From positions 544,001 through 608,000 of the forward strand of contig CAXXDV010000003.1 of assembly GCA_963674745.2 (NCBI GenBank): a DNA stretch of 64,000 nucleotides, in the 5' to 3' direction. The notes under the pieces are model-generated. The model saw only the letters and a program-made list of their open reading frames with translations. It was not told where the DNA came from and made no database searches. Both the position numbers and the translations under genes were made by a program. Positions 10,626-20,782 of this stretch are shown here, one piece after another (the first letter of the stretch is position 1; every line of letters begins with the position of its first letter). This stretch comes from Desulfosudaceae bacterium. Lineage in GTDB: Bacteria; Desulfobacterota; Desulfobacteria; Desulfobacterales; Desulfosudaceae.

Positions 10626-11693
10626 TTGAAAATAGCCTATTTCTCCAGACCCTATAGAATATCACGAACAGAGGGCGGTTATATTCATATTAAACATTTC
10701 CTTGATTTAGTAAGTGCGGCCGGTCATGAAATATGGGTTTCCATGCCCGACGAGCATCCGACCACCAGAACCTTGCCGATGGGGCTGTTTTCAAGAGTAG
10801 CCGCATTAAGGTCCATGGATGTGATTTACTGCCGTATCGAATGGCAGCCGCGCACCCAATGCCGATTTGCAGTAAAGCCCTATCGTTTCATCGCCGGCCG
10901 GGCAAAACATGTTTGGGAATTTAACACGGTTCCGGACTTCGGTCTGCATCTTGGGGCTTCCCAAAAGGAAGTGGATCAATCCATTGCTACCCTTCGCCGG
11001 TTTGGATCTGGCTGTGATCTTGCGATTTGTGTTTCCGAAGCAATTGAAGACTATGTGAAAAAACATTTCAGGATTTTCAATACAATCGTGGTTCCGAACG
11101 GTTCTGATCCGGATATTTTTCACCCGGAGTCGCCGCCGGCCCCCTGTCTTGAAAAATTTAAAGATAAATTTAATATCGTATGGATGGGATCTGCCGATAT
11201 CCCCTGGCATGATATCGAAAGAATTATCGACGCGGCCAGGCAGTTAGTCCATGCGGACAATATCCATTTTCACCTGGTCGGCACAGGGACCGATCAGTAT
11301 GATGGCGCAACGCCGCAGGTGCATGGGTATGGGGCTGTTGCATATGACGATCTTCCAGGATGGCTTTCCATCATGCATGTTGGGTTGGTATTTTATAAGC
11401 CAGGGGCTGCAGACTACGGTTCCCCGCTGAAATTTTTTGATTTTCTTGCCGCAGGCCTGTCCGTTCTTACCGATCAGCCTCAGGCCAGCGCGTTTCTCAG
11501 CGCAATGGGACTGGCGGAAATGGTCCTGACGGATCAGCGGCCTGAGGCGCTTGCCCGCAAATTACATGATTTGTCTTTGCAAATCGCGTTTGTTCGAGAG
11601 ACGGGGAACAAGGGCCGGGAAACATTGATCCGGAAATACACGTGGAAAAGCGCCATGCGCAAGATTTTATTGCGAATTGACCAGTTGCTGTAA
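10626..11693 (+). CDS. Glycosyltransferase family 4
   Basis: VVPNGSD, SPLKFFDFLAAG, YTW motifs; TTG start aligns with ATG of paralogous fragment at 4370. Confidence 0.88.
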   Translation: MKIAYFSRPYRISRTEGGYIHIKHFLDLVSAAGHEIWVSMPDEHPTTRTLPMGLFSRVAALRSMDVIYCRIEWQPRTQCRFAVKPYRFIAGRAKHVWEFNTVPDFGLHLGASQKEVDQSIATLRRFGSGCDLAICVSEAIEDYVKKHFRIFNTIVVPNGSDPDIFHPESPPAPCLEKFKDKFNIVWMGSADIPWHDIERIIDAARQLVHADNIHFHLVGTGTDQYDGATPQVHGYGAVAYDDLPGWLSIMHVGLVFYKPGAADYGSPLKFFDFLAAGLSVLTDQPQASAFLSAMGLAEMVLTDQRPEALARKLHDLSLQIAFVRETGNKGRETLIRKYTWKSAMRKILLRIDQLL

Positions 11694-11704
11694 AGGGTTC
11701 GTAA

Positions 11705-12401
11705 ATGATCATTCTCTCTTCCAGCCTCCCTAAATCCGCCAGCACGATTTTTGCCACCTATCTTGAAGAACTGGTTGCAATTCCCGGCTGGAGGAATGGG
11801 CAGAACGCCTTAAAAGACCGGGTGGGCGCCAGGTATGTTGATAGAATTCATCTGGTATTGGGACTGCGGCTTGCGCTGATTTCCAATATATACGGCACCG
11901 TGGTTTTGAAAAGCCATTGTGCGCCGAATCGAACTGTCCGGTGGCTGATCAATGCAAAGCAACTCAAGGCCCTCTATATTTATCGGGATCCCCGGGACGT
12001 GGTACTGTCTGCCATGGATCATCGGAAACACAGAGGAGGGGGTGAGAGTGGTTTCTCAAAATTTACGGATTTGGAAACAGGTTGCGACGGTGTTCTGGGG
12101 TGGGCCAAAGTATGGCGGGAATGGAAAAATTGGGGCAGGGTTGAATTTTTTCTGTATGAAGATTTGATAACGGACCCGCAATCTGTTTTAAGACGCGTTT
12201 CAACCTGCCTGGGTCTTGGGGTGAATGATACGCAAATCAGCAAAATCATCATGAAGCATGAAAAAAAATAAAAAAAACAGTCTCAACTTTAACAAGGGAA
12301 CATTATCCCGCTACAGGGAAGAATGCAGTTCGGAAGAACAGGCATTGTTAAACGACAGACTGGGGCGGCTGGCAGAGGAAATGGGTTATTCTTGTTTTTG
12401 A
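11705..12401 (+). pseudogene. Sulfotransferase, frameshifted at an A8-T-A8 tract (12261-12277)
   Basis: SSLPKSAST PSB loop, YRDPRDVVLS, YEDL. Removing one A restores ...EKNKKNSLNFNKGTLSRYREE...EEMGYSCF* ending 12401, the usual sulfotransferase C-terminus. Real frameshift or sequencing error. Confidence 0.85.
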
Positions 12402-12419
12402 AAAACGTTAGGCGATGTT

Positions 12420-13367
12420 ATGAAAGAAAACATTACCCCTCGAAAGTTTGAAGATTTGCCCCTGCCGCCAAATGGAAAAACCGGCTGGCCTTGGACGGGC
12501 GGGGCCGGATATCAATCCGAATCCGAATCCGCCACTCTTCCGGCCATTTCCATTGTGACACCAAATTTTAATGGCGGAGAGTTTCTGGAAGCAACGATCC
12601 GGTCTGTTTTGCTTCAGGGTTATCCGCATTTGGAATATATCATTGTGGACGGGGGCAGCACCGATGGCAGCCTCGAGATCATACACCGTTATGAACCGTG
12701 GCTGTCCGGCTGGCTCAGCGAACCGGATACTGGCATGTATGATGCCGTCAACAAGGGATTTGATCATACTTCCGGTGGAATCATGGCATGGCTCAACTCA
12801 GATGATATGTATGTGCCCAACAGCCTGCGTCAGGTAGGTGCCTGTTTTGGGCAATGCGGGCCGGATGTGAAATGGCTTAAGGGAATGAGCGGGGTGTGGA
12901 ATATCCGAGGTGATTTTTGCTGGATCAGTGATCTCAAACGATTTCATCAGGGGTTGATCCAACGGGGCTGCTATGAGGGCCGCGGCTTGGGATGGATTCA
13001 GCAGGAAAGTGTTTTCTGGCGGCGCGGGTTATGGGAAAAAGCAGGTGGCTATATATCAGATGAATACCGCTTGGCCGGGGATTTTGAATTGTGGACCCGC
13101 TTTGCCCGATATGCGGAATTGTACAGCGTGCGCAATGTGTTCAGCGGCATCCGCCGTCATCCGGATCAGCGTTCCGCGGCCATGGAAGATTATAGAAAAG
13201 AGGTGGATGAATGCCTCCTTGGGATGCCGGATCGCGGCCGCATTGCCCGTCTGTGCCGCCGACCGGTGGCCAGAAAAATATTCCAATTTACCGCAAAACG
13301 CCTGTTCAAAGCCCCCATAATTGAATATGATCCTCTGGCGCTTTGCTGGAAGGCTTACCGGCTGTAA
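12420..13367 (+). CDS. Glycosyltransferase family 2
   Basis: SIVTP, VDGGSTDGS, SEPDTGMYDAVNKG, WLNSDD. Confidence 0.92.
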   Translation: MKENITPRKFEDLPLPPNGKTGWPWTGGAGYQSESESATLPAISIVTPNFNGGEFLEATIRSVLLQGYPHLEYIIVDGGSTDGSLEIIHRYEPWLSGWLSEPDTGMYDAVNKGFDHTSGGIMAWLNSDDMYVPNSLRQVGACFGQCGPDVKWLKGMSGVWNIRGDFCWISDLKRFHQGLIQRGCYEGRGLGWIQQESVFWRRGLWEKAGGYISDEYRLAGDFELWTRFARYAELYSVRNVFSGIRRHPDQRSAAMEDYRKEVDECLLGMPDRGRIARLCRRPVARKIFQFTAKRLFKAPIIEYDPLALCWKAYRL

Positions 13368-13392
13368 CCCATAAATTTTAATTAGCAGTTGC

Positions 13393-14253
13393 ATGGAAAA
13401 ACAGTTTTTAAAAAACAATACCCCCAACCAATTTCCTCCCGGAGGATCTTCTCTGGGAACAAAGGATTTCGGCGTCCTGTATGTGATTGACGACAATCCC
13501 GGCTATGAAAAAATGCTGGAAGTGAGTATTCAGTCTCTGGATGATTTTCATCCGGACTGGCCGCGACAGGTGGTCCGCATTCCGCTTCCCAGAGAACCCT
13601 TTCGGGATCGTCTACGCCGAATGGGCCCGATCTGGAAATGGCGGCAGCGATATAACCGCCTGGGGCAGGACAAGCGCTTTTACAGAGCCAAAGCAATGGC
13701 GGCCATCAACAGTCCATTTGAAAACACCCTGTTTCTGGATGTGGATACGGTGATTCGCAAGCCCCTGGATACCATGCGTAAAAAAGCATTACAGTGTGAT
13801 GCGCTTTTTACAGGGCTGCCCTGGAAACATTATCCGCCGATTGAAGCGGACCTGCCCCGGGAGATCCCTTACGTGATGTCCGGGGTATTTTTTTATAATC
13901 AGCAATATGCCGGCCTGTGCCGGCCTTATTTGGAACGGTTTGCCCACCGGCTGCATGAGCAGGTCAATGGGGTGACCATCGGGGACCAGTTTGTCTTCAG
14001 CCTGGTTTGCACCATGGAATCACGCCGCCTGAACATTCAGTTTGATCCGCACCTGCAGGTCGATGTGGTGAATGCCAGGCAGCACCTTGGGGCCAACGAC
14101 CTGAAGATGATCGGAAAATGCCTGGATCTCTCATGGGAGGCCATTGATCGGTTTTTTGTGTTTCATTACAACGAATACAAACCCCAGTATCTTCAGCAAA
14201 TAAAAAAACACTGGGGTTATCCGCAAAATCATGTCAAAGGGGACGAAAATTGA
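13393..14253 (+). CDS. Putative GT-A fold (GT8-like) nucleotide-sugar transferase
   Basis: SPFENTLFLDVDT (DxD), SGVF, GDQ and late HY motifs. Confidence 0.6.
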   Translation: MEKQFLKNNTPNQFPPGGSSLGTKDFGVLYVIDDNPGYEKMLEVSIQSLDDFHPDWPRQVVRIPLPREPFRDRLRRMGPIWKWRQRYNRLGQDKRFYRAKAMAAINSPFENTLFLDVDTVIRKPLDTMRKKALQCDALFTGLPWKHYPPIEADLPREIPYVMSGVFFYNQQYAGLCRPYLERFAHRLHEQVNGVTIGDQFVFSLVCTMESRRLNIQFDPHLQVDVVNARQHLGANDLKMIGKCLDLSWEAIDRFFVFHYNEYKPQYLQQIKKHWGYPQNHVKGDEN

Positions 14254-15284
14254 AAGTGCCGAATCAATGGACGGATTTTCCGGCAGCCCCGCAAGGTTTT
14301 AAGGGATGGCCCTGGGAGCCGGTCGGAACAGTCGGACAGGGCTTTATAAATGGCTTGGAAAAATGGCCTGAAATTACCATTGTCACCCCCAGTTACAACC
14401 AGGGCCGGTTTCTGGAAGCCACCATCCGATCAGTGCTGCTTCAGGGGTATCCGAATCTGGAATACATCATTATTGACGGCGGCTCTTCGGATGATTCCGT
14501 GGAAATTATTAAAAAATATGAAAACTGGATAGATTTCTGGGTTTCAGAGCCGGACCAGGGACAATCTCATGCAATCAACAAGGGATTTGAAAGAGCAACC
14601 GGGCAGATTCTGGCATGGCTGAACTCCGATGACATGTACTCACCTGACGCATTGTGGTGTGTCGGCGAGATATTTAACAGCCGGAAAGGCGATGTGGTTA
14701 GTGGCCATGCTGTTTTTGTGGATGAGAATGGCGCCCGGGAAGGCCGCTATGACGCCTCGCCGGTAAATGTGGATCGATTGCTGGACGTCAGGGGAGGATT
14801 CTCCGCGCCTCAGCAGAGTACATTCTGGAGCCGGCTGTGTTGGGAAAGAAACGGACCGCTTTCAGAAGACCTGCATTATGTCATGGATTACGATTACTGG
14901 ATTCGAATGGCGGCTTCCGGAGAGGAATGGATCATTCTCGATAAGGACCTGTCTTTTTTCCGGCACCATGGTGCTCAAAAGACAGCAGACTTGTCAATGA
15001 ATGCGCAAATGCTTCAGGAGCGGCGGCGAGTGCTGGAACGGTTTCTCTCATCCAACCTGTGTACAAGGTCTCTTTTTAAGACCACGGTCCGAGGTTTACG
15101 TGAAAACCGGGTTAAAGAAGTCAGGGTGCGTTATATTCACAATCAGATTCAATCGCCTTTCTGGATATACTGGATAAAAGCGGCGTTCCATAATCCCGGC
15201 TGTTTATTCGTTCCAGCCTTCTATGGTTTATTGCTTCGGGGCGGATCCGTCAAGCATGTCTCAAAAACAAAAAACAGCGCCTGA
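14250..15284 (+). CDS. Glycosyltransferase family 2
   Basis: TIVTPSYNQG, IDGGSSD, SEPDQGQSHAINKG, WLNSDD, MDYDYW. Confidence 0.92.
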   Translation: MKVPNQWTDFPAAPQGFKGWPWEPVGTVGQGFINGLEKWPEITIVTPSYNQGRFLEATIRSVLLQGYPNLEYIIIDGGSSDDSVEIIKKYENWIDFWVSEPDQGQSHAINKGFERATGQILAWLNSDDMYSPDALWCVGEIFNSRKGDVVSGHAVFVDENGAREGRYDASPVNVDRLLDVRGGFSAPQQSTFWSRLCWERNGPLSEDLHYVMDYDYWIRMAASGEEWIILDKDLSFFRHHGAQKTADLSMNAQMLQERRRVLERFLSSNLCTRSLFKTTVRGLRENRVKEVRVRYIHNQIQSPFWIYWIKAAFHNPGCLFVPAFYGLLLRGGSVKHVSKTKNSA

Positions 15285-16533
15285 TTCAATACGAATGGCT
15301 GTTGCGGATGACTTGCCCGCCATTTTAAAGGGGTGGCGGTCAGCATATAAAGATAGTTTTGATTACAAATATCCGCAACGGTGGCAATGGATGTTTGAGG
15401 CAAATCCATTTTCTCATAGTGCTGAAAAAAATCGGTTGCCAATGGCGGTCGGAACGGTGAACGACTCGATTGCCGCCTGGGCCTGCGCCATGGAAACCCC
15501 GGTCTTCCTGGAAAATAAGATCGTTCCGGCGGCGTTCAGCTGCAATACGTTCACGCTCCCCAAATACAGACGCCTTGGACTTGGTTTCCGCGTTCAGGCA
15601 CTGATTGCCGAAGATTATCCGATTTTCTGGAGCATCAGTATGTCTGCGGGAAACCGGCGCAACAAGCTCCGGGCGGGCGGTGTCCCTGGAAAGCCTCTCT
15701 ATATCTGCTGTCGTCGTTTTAGTGCCCTTGACGATGATGCGTTGATGCGGTCTTTTGAATCAGCACTGAGCCGCAGAAAAAAATATGTGCAAAGAATCGC
15801 TGGACTGGTCACGCAAACAGGAATGACCAGCTTGATGATGCGACTGTTGTCGCGTATCGTCCTTCCCGTTTCACCGGTTAAAAAAATGACGGCAGATAAT
15901 GCCGGTTGTTTACCGGATATCCGTCAAATATCGTCTTTTAATGATGAGTGGGACAACTTGTGGGAAAATGAAATCCGTCCCGCCTATGATTTCGGAGTAG
16001 ACCGGTCAGCTGAATATATGAACTGGAAATATGTACAACAGCCCCACGTATCCTTTCAAAAGTACGGTATCATGGACGGCAACAGGCTCGCTGGCGCCAT
16101 TGTTTATCGGCTGGCAAAGCGCCCTGAAATACCGGTCGGTATTGTAACAGAATTTCTTGTTTCTTCTAAATATGGGGCGGATCGCTTCCCGTTATTCATT
16201 CGACGTGTTACCGGGGATCTGTATAACCAGGGTGCCTTGGCTGCATATTGGAGTACCAGTGATCCGGTTCAAGTTGCGGCTTTAAAAAAAGAGGGCTATC
16301 GCCTTATTCGGATTAACGTGCCGATACGTCAAATGCAGAATGATCTTAAAGTCAAATGGAAAGTGTCGGCGGGAAAGCCCCATGCCAAGTGGCTGCTGAG
16401 CCTGGGGGATCAGGACCAGGATCAGTTTATGTTGAGGCAACAACCGTCATTTTTAACCTTGTTGGGGTTACTGCTGGGAAACGTTCCCGGCTCGGAAGAT
16501 TTAAATGAAATTCAGCACTTTTCTGAAATCTAA
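15223..16533 (+). CDS. GNAT-like acyltransferase family protein
   Basis: Acyl-CoA motif PKYRRLGLG; W.W..NP and RSAEYMNWKY motifs seen in EPS-locus GNAT proteins. True start probably later (15256 or 15295). Confidence 0.6.
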   Translation: MVYCFGADPSSMSQKQKTAPDSIRMAVADDLPAILKGWRSAYKDSFDYKYPQRWQWMFEANPFSHSAEKNRLPMAVGTVNDSIAAWACAMETPVFLENKIVPAAFSCNTFTLPKYRRLGLGFRVQALIAEDYPIFWSISMSAGNRRNKLRAGGVPGKPLYICCRRFSALDDDALMRSFESALSRRKKYVQRIAGLVTQTGMTSLMMRLLSRIVLPVSPVKKMTADNAGCLPDIRQISSFNDEWDNLWENEIRPAYDFGVDRSAEYMNWKYVQQPHVSFQKYGIMDGNRLAGAIVYRLAKRPEIPVGIVTEFLVSSKYGADRFPLFIRRVTGDLYNQGALAAYWSTSDPVQVAALKKEGYRLIRINVPIRQMQNDLKVKWKVSAGKPHAKWLLSLGDQDQDQFMLRQQPSFLTLLGLLLGNVPGSEDLNEIQHFSEI

Positions 16534-16542
16534 CAAAAAAAT

Positions 16543-17298
16543 ATGAACGGCAGTTATTTGGATGTTGAGATCAGCGCGGATGATTTCGGCAGATCTGCGG
16601 AAGCCAACGCAGGTATCTTGATGGCATTTGAGCAGGGCCTTGTCTCCTCTGCCTCCATCATGTCAAATATGCCGGAATTTAAAGAAGCCTGTTCCTTACT
16701 CTCCAGTAATCAGCAGATCACAAATATCGGCATACACCTGAACATAACCGAAGGAGAACCTTTGACGGAAGCGATCAGGCAATTTTCTGTTTTTTGTGAT
16801 AAACATGGACGTTTTATGGCGACTAAATTAAAAGCGTTTAGGCCTTTCCGGCAAGTTGAGAAAAAAGAACTCTGGAATGAACTCGACGCGCAAATCAGGC
16901 AATGCCATGATGTTGGTATATATCCGCACCGGATAGACTCTCATATGCATCGTCACACGAACTGGCTGGTAGGCAAAATGGTTATTCAGTTGGCCAAAAA
17001 ACATCATATACCCGCTGTTCGATTAGCCGGCAACTGCCGTCGGCAGAATTTTGGCAAACAGCTGTTTACCCGGGCCTATAATTATCGTTTACGTTTGCAC
17101 GGACTGGCGGGACATGACTATTTCGGAGCGGTCGACGATTTATGCCGGTGCCGGGATCGATTGCAGGGCAAAATAGAAGTTATGGTGCACCCCGTGCTTG
17201 ATGCCGATGGTGTCCTGCGCGATGCGGAGAGCATGCGCCCGTTATCGGACCATCTAAGCTGGTTTTTGAATCATCAGAGAAAACCGTATGAACAATAG
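16543..17298 (+). CDS. ChbG/YdjC-family carbohydrate deacetylase
   Basis: ADDFG, GIHLNITEG, DSHMH, EVMVHP motifs. Confidence 0.92.
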   Translation: MNGSYLDVEISADDFGRSAEANAGILMAFEQGLVSSASIMSNMPEFKEACSLLSSNQQITNIGIHLNITEGEPLTEAIRQFSVFCDKHGRFMATKLKAFRPFRQVEKKELWNELDAQIRQCHDVGIYPHRIDSHMHRHTNWLVGKMVIQLAKKHHIPAVRLAGNCRRQNFGKQLFTRAYNYRLRLHGLAGHDYFGAVDDLCRCRDRLQGKIEVMVHPVLDADGVLRDAESMRPLSDHLSWFLNHQRKPYEQ

Positions 17299-18286
17299 AA
17301 TCGGCCATGTGTCGGTAATAATACCGGCATATAACACGGAAAATTCCTTGAACCAGTGCCTGGAAAGCGTGTTCAGCCAGACCTTTCTACCCAGGGAAGT
17401 CATTGTTATTAATGATGGTTCTGAAGATGATACAGCGAAAATCGCCCATGAATACGGTGACAGGATTGTGTACCTGTACCAGGAAAATTCAGGCCAGGGT
17501 GCCGCCAGGAATACCGGGTTGACGGTTGCCACAGGAGATTACATCGCTTTTCTGGATGCCGATGACTACTGGAAGCCTGATTTTTTAAAGCGATGTGTCG
17601 AATTTTTGGATAAATATCCGGATGCCGTTGCTGTTAATACCGGCCTGATTACCCGGATGCATGACGGGCGGGAGGTTGTTCAGCCGGAACTGTTGACCCG
17701 GTCGGATGCCCCCCGGGAGGCATTTATCATAGAGGACTTTTTTTCTTTTTGGGCGCAGAATGACCATGTCCGGACGGGTTCAGCGGTAATCCGAAAAAAC
17801 GTCATTGATCAGGCCGGTGGCCAACGGGCAGATCTGCGTGTCAGCCAGGACCTGGAATACTGGGGTTATATCGCTACGTTTGGAAAATGGGGTTACATTC
17901 CCGAGCCACTATGGGTCGGTAATTCGCGGGCGGCTGCACGGGCGCCGGGTTGGCTGAGGCGATATCAGGTGCGGCGTCAGCTGTGTCCGACCGTTGAAGG
18001 CTGGCAGGAAAGGATTCTGCCAAAGCTTACGTCTCGAGATGTCCTATACTTTAAAATTGTCAGAGGCAGGGTCGCTGCCGGCTATGCTCAGAATCATATT
18101 TTAGTTAAGAATTTCACCAAGGCACGGCACATTGTTCAAACCTTTACAGAGGATTTGCCGCATAATCGATTAACGCGGTTGTTGACTGCGGGCGACAGGT
18201 CTGGCGGTCTCGGGTGGTGGCTTGCGTGCCAGGTGGTAAGGGCTCGTGAGTATGCTAAGTCAATGATGCTTCATCTAAGATACTAG
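17288..18286 (+). CDS. Glycosyltransferase family 2
   Basis: SVIIPAYN, INDGSED, ARNTG, FLDADD. Confidence 0.92.
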   Translation: MNNRIGHVSVIIPAYNTENSLNQCLESVFSQTFLPREVIVINDGSEDDTAKIAHEYGDRIVYLYQENSGQGAARNTGLTVATGDYIAFLDADDYWKPDFLKRCVEFLDKYPDAVAVNTGLITRMHDGREVVQPELLTRSDAPREAFIIEDFFSFWAQNDHVRTGSAVIRKNVIDQAGGQRADLRVSQDLEYWGYIATFGKWGYIPEPLWVGNSRAAARAPGWLRRYQVRRQLCPTVEGWQERILPKLTSRDVLYFKIVRGRVAAGYAQNHILVKNFTKARHIVQTFTEDLPHNRLTRLLTAGDRSGGLGWWLACQVVRAREYAKSMMLHLRY

Positions 18287-18395
18287 CGATGCAATGCGGC
18301 ATTACCATTATTTCTGATCTGGGTCGTGATGAATCAGTACAAATCATATCGATTCTCAACCAATCCTGATTCGGGATCGGCATACGCATAAAACA

Positions 18396-19442
18396 ATGAA
18401 TCGTCACAACTGGGCAATAAAATATGAACAATCTCCTGTGGATGTCAAATGTCCTGTTTGCGGGAACACCGATTGCCGTCAACTATATTCCGTAACAGCG
18501 GAGTCTGCAGCGCAACATTATGTGTTGCGAGAAGTTCATCCCGAAAGACATGGCGCCCTGCTTAAAAATATTCGGGAATTATGGGGGCACAAGGACTGTT
18601 TGCTTGTTCGATGTCCCCGGTGTCAATTCGTATTTGCGTCACCGTTTAAGGCCGGGAATTCCTCCTTTTATGCTCTGGCCTACACATACACTGCTGACAA
18701 GTATCCTCAAAACAAATGGGAGTATGACGAAACCATTCGTCGACTGGATCACCGGTTTGGACAGAGAAACCGTTATCTGGAAATTGGCGCCGGCAGCGGC
18801 GTTTTTGTCAAAAAGTTAATTCCGGATTTTGTACGTCCGGAAGATGCTACTTGTTTTGAGTACTCTTCAAGTGGCGCTGACGCCATACACGCCCTGGGCA
18901 TTCAATGTCTGGATCATAATTTTTGCAATAGTTCCGAACTGGAAGGCCGTCAGTTCGATATTATCTGTTTGTTCCAGGTCCTTGAACATATGGCCGATCT
19001 GGACCCTCTTTTTGCAAAGCTCTGTGAGCTCGCCGCCCCACAGTGTGATATTTTTGTTGCTGTCCCCAATCCGTTACGAACCGAGTTTCAGGAGCAAAAA
19101 GGGTCGATATTGGATTTGCCGCCCAATCATGTCGGCCGATGGACGCCCGGGTGTTTTGAAATCATTGCGAAAAGATTCGAGCTTGTACTTATCGCCTGTC
19201 AGACGAACCGTTCTCAATCTTTTGTGGAAAAAACCAAGCGATTTGTAAAATTTACATACCAACGCAGGGCGCAGGGGAAGACGATGGCAAACCGGATCGA
19301 ACAAATCCGAAACAACAATCTAAGAAATCTGTTTCGGTTGTTTGCCGCAGGGTTATATGCGTTTGGAAACGTACCGGGTGTTTTAAACTGTGCCGATCCT
19401 GATCTGGGTGACTCTCTGCTCGCTCATTTTCGGAAACCATGA
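18396..19442 (+). CDS. Class I SAM-dependent methyltransferase with N-terminal CxxC...CxxC
   Basis: CPVC...CPRC; LEIGAGSG; FQVLEH; VPN; PPNH. Confidence 0.88.
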   Translation: MNRHNWAIKYEQSPVDVKCPVCGNTDCRQLYSVTAESAAQHYVLREVHPERHGALLKNIRELWGHKDCLLVRCPRCQFVFASPFKAGNSSFYALAYTYTADKYPQNKWEYDETIRRLDHRFGQRNRYLEIGAGSGVFVKKLIPDFVRPEDATCFEYSSSGADAIHALGIQCLDHNFCNSSELEGRQFDIICLFQVLEHMADLDPLFAKLCELAAPQCDIFVAVPNPLRTEFQEQKGSILDLPPNHVGRWTPGCFEIIAKRFELVLIACQTNRSQSFVEKTKRFVKFTYQRRAQGKTMANRIEQIRNNNLRNLFRLFAAGLYAFGNVPGVLNCADPDLGDSLLAHFRKP

Positions 19443-19540
19443 CCCAATTGCTATATGTCTGCCCCAAGATGGATAGAGACACAATTGCCAAGCGCCGGCA
19501 ATGGCCGGCTGAAATTCTGAATATTTATTAATGCAATAAA

Positions 19541-20707
19541 ATGAAAATTGCCTGGGTGACACGGTCTTTTCTGGACTATCGCGTTCCCGTTTACGGGGAA
19601 TTGGATAAACTGGTCAGTGGCCAGCTCTATTTGATATATGCCGGGGACTATGTACCACAGGCCGTCCAGGAAAAAGCTGTCGCCGTCCTTGGCCGACGAT
19701 CCTTGCCCTTGACCGGTGAGTGGCGGATCGGCCCTGAAGACAGACATTTTCTGGCCAATCGAAATGTTTCGTTACGCATTCATCCCGGTGTATTAAAAAA
19801 GATCCGTGAGTTGAAGCCGGATATCATTGTGTGTGACGGTTTCTTTAAATGGACACTGCCCGCACTCTTGTATCGGATAGGTTTTGGTACGCCGTTGGTT
19901 ATCTGCTATGAGCGATGGGCTCATACGGAAAGACATGCCCAATGGTACCGCAAGCTTTATCGCAAAGCCGTGCTTCATTTTACGGATGCCATGTGTTGCA
20001 ATGGAATGTTGTCCAAACAATATACTGTTGACCTGGGCATGCCCGCCGAAAGAATCACAACGGGGCACATGTCTGCGGATACCGAAAGTCTGCAGAAACA
20101 GGCGGAGGCAGTTACCGGTGCTGAAAAAAAAGCGTTTCTTGAAAAACATAAAGCTGAAGGGGTTATTTTTCTATATGCCGGTCGGTTGATTCATTTAAAA
20201 GGTGTTGACCTGCTGCTGGCTGCCTGGAGCCAATTTGAGAAAGAAAGTGCTTCGGGAACCCTTTTGCTCGTTGGTGGCGGATCTCAGGAGCAGGAATTAA
20301 GAGGACGAGTGATGGCCGAAGGCCTTGAACGAGTTCGATTTGTCGGGTCTGTGGATTATACGGATATGGCAAAATTCTATGCCGCAGCCGATATATTTGT
20401 CATTCCGACGCTTGAAGATAACTGGAGCCTGGTAGTCCCCGAGGCTATGGCCTGCGGTTTACCCGTACTCTGTTCAAGGTATAATGGCTGTTGGCCTGAA
20501 ATGGTTCAGGAGGGTAAAAACGGGTGGGTGTTTAATCCTAATGATATTGGAGATATCTTGCGGGTAATCCGGGCTGCTGCTGATGCGAGAGATCAATTGC
20601 TGGAAATGGGCAAATGCTCGCGTAACATTTTGTCCGCACACTCACCAGAAACTGCTGCCGAATCCGTCCTTTCCGCCTGCCGGATTGCTTTGAAAAACAG
20701 GAATTGA
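19541..20707 (+). CDS. Glycosyltransferase family 4
   Basis: YAGRLIHLKG, EDNWSLVVPEAMACG. Confidence 0.92.
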   Translation: MKIAWVTRSFLDYRVPVYGELDKLVSGQLYLIYAGDYVPQAVQEKAVAVLGRRSLPLTGEWRIGPEDRHFLANRNVSLRIHPGVLKKIRELKPDIIVCDGFFKWTLPALLYRIGFGTPLVICYERWAHTERHAQWYRKLYRKAVLHFTDAMCCNGMLSKQYTVDLGMPAERITTGHMSADTESLQKQAEAVTGAEKKAFLEKHKAEGVIFLYAGRLIHLKGVDLLLAAWSQFEKESASGTLLLVGGGSQEQELRGRVMAEGLERVRFVGSVDYTDMAKFYAAADIFVIPTLEDNWSLVVPEAMACGLPVLCSRYNGCWPEMVQEGKNGWVFNPNDIGDILRVIRAAADARDQLLEMGKCSRNILSAHSPETAAESVLSACRIALKNRN

Positions 20708-20782
20708 TTCATGTTTTTTCCAGTGATGTAATAAGATAAAGCCATAATGCTTATAGATGCCTAATGGATAATATAGATCACA

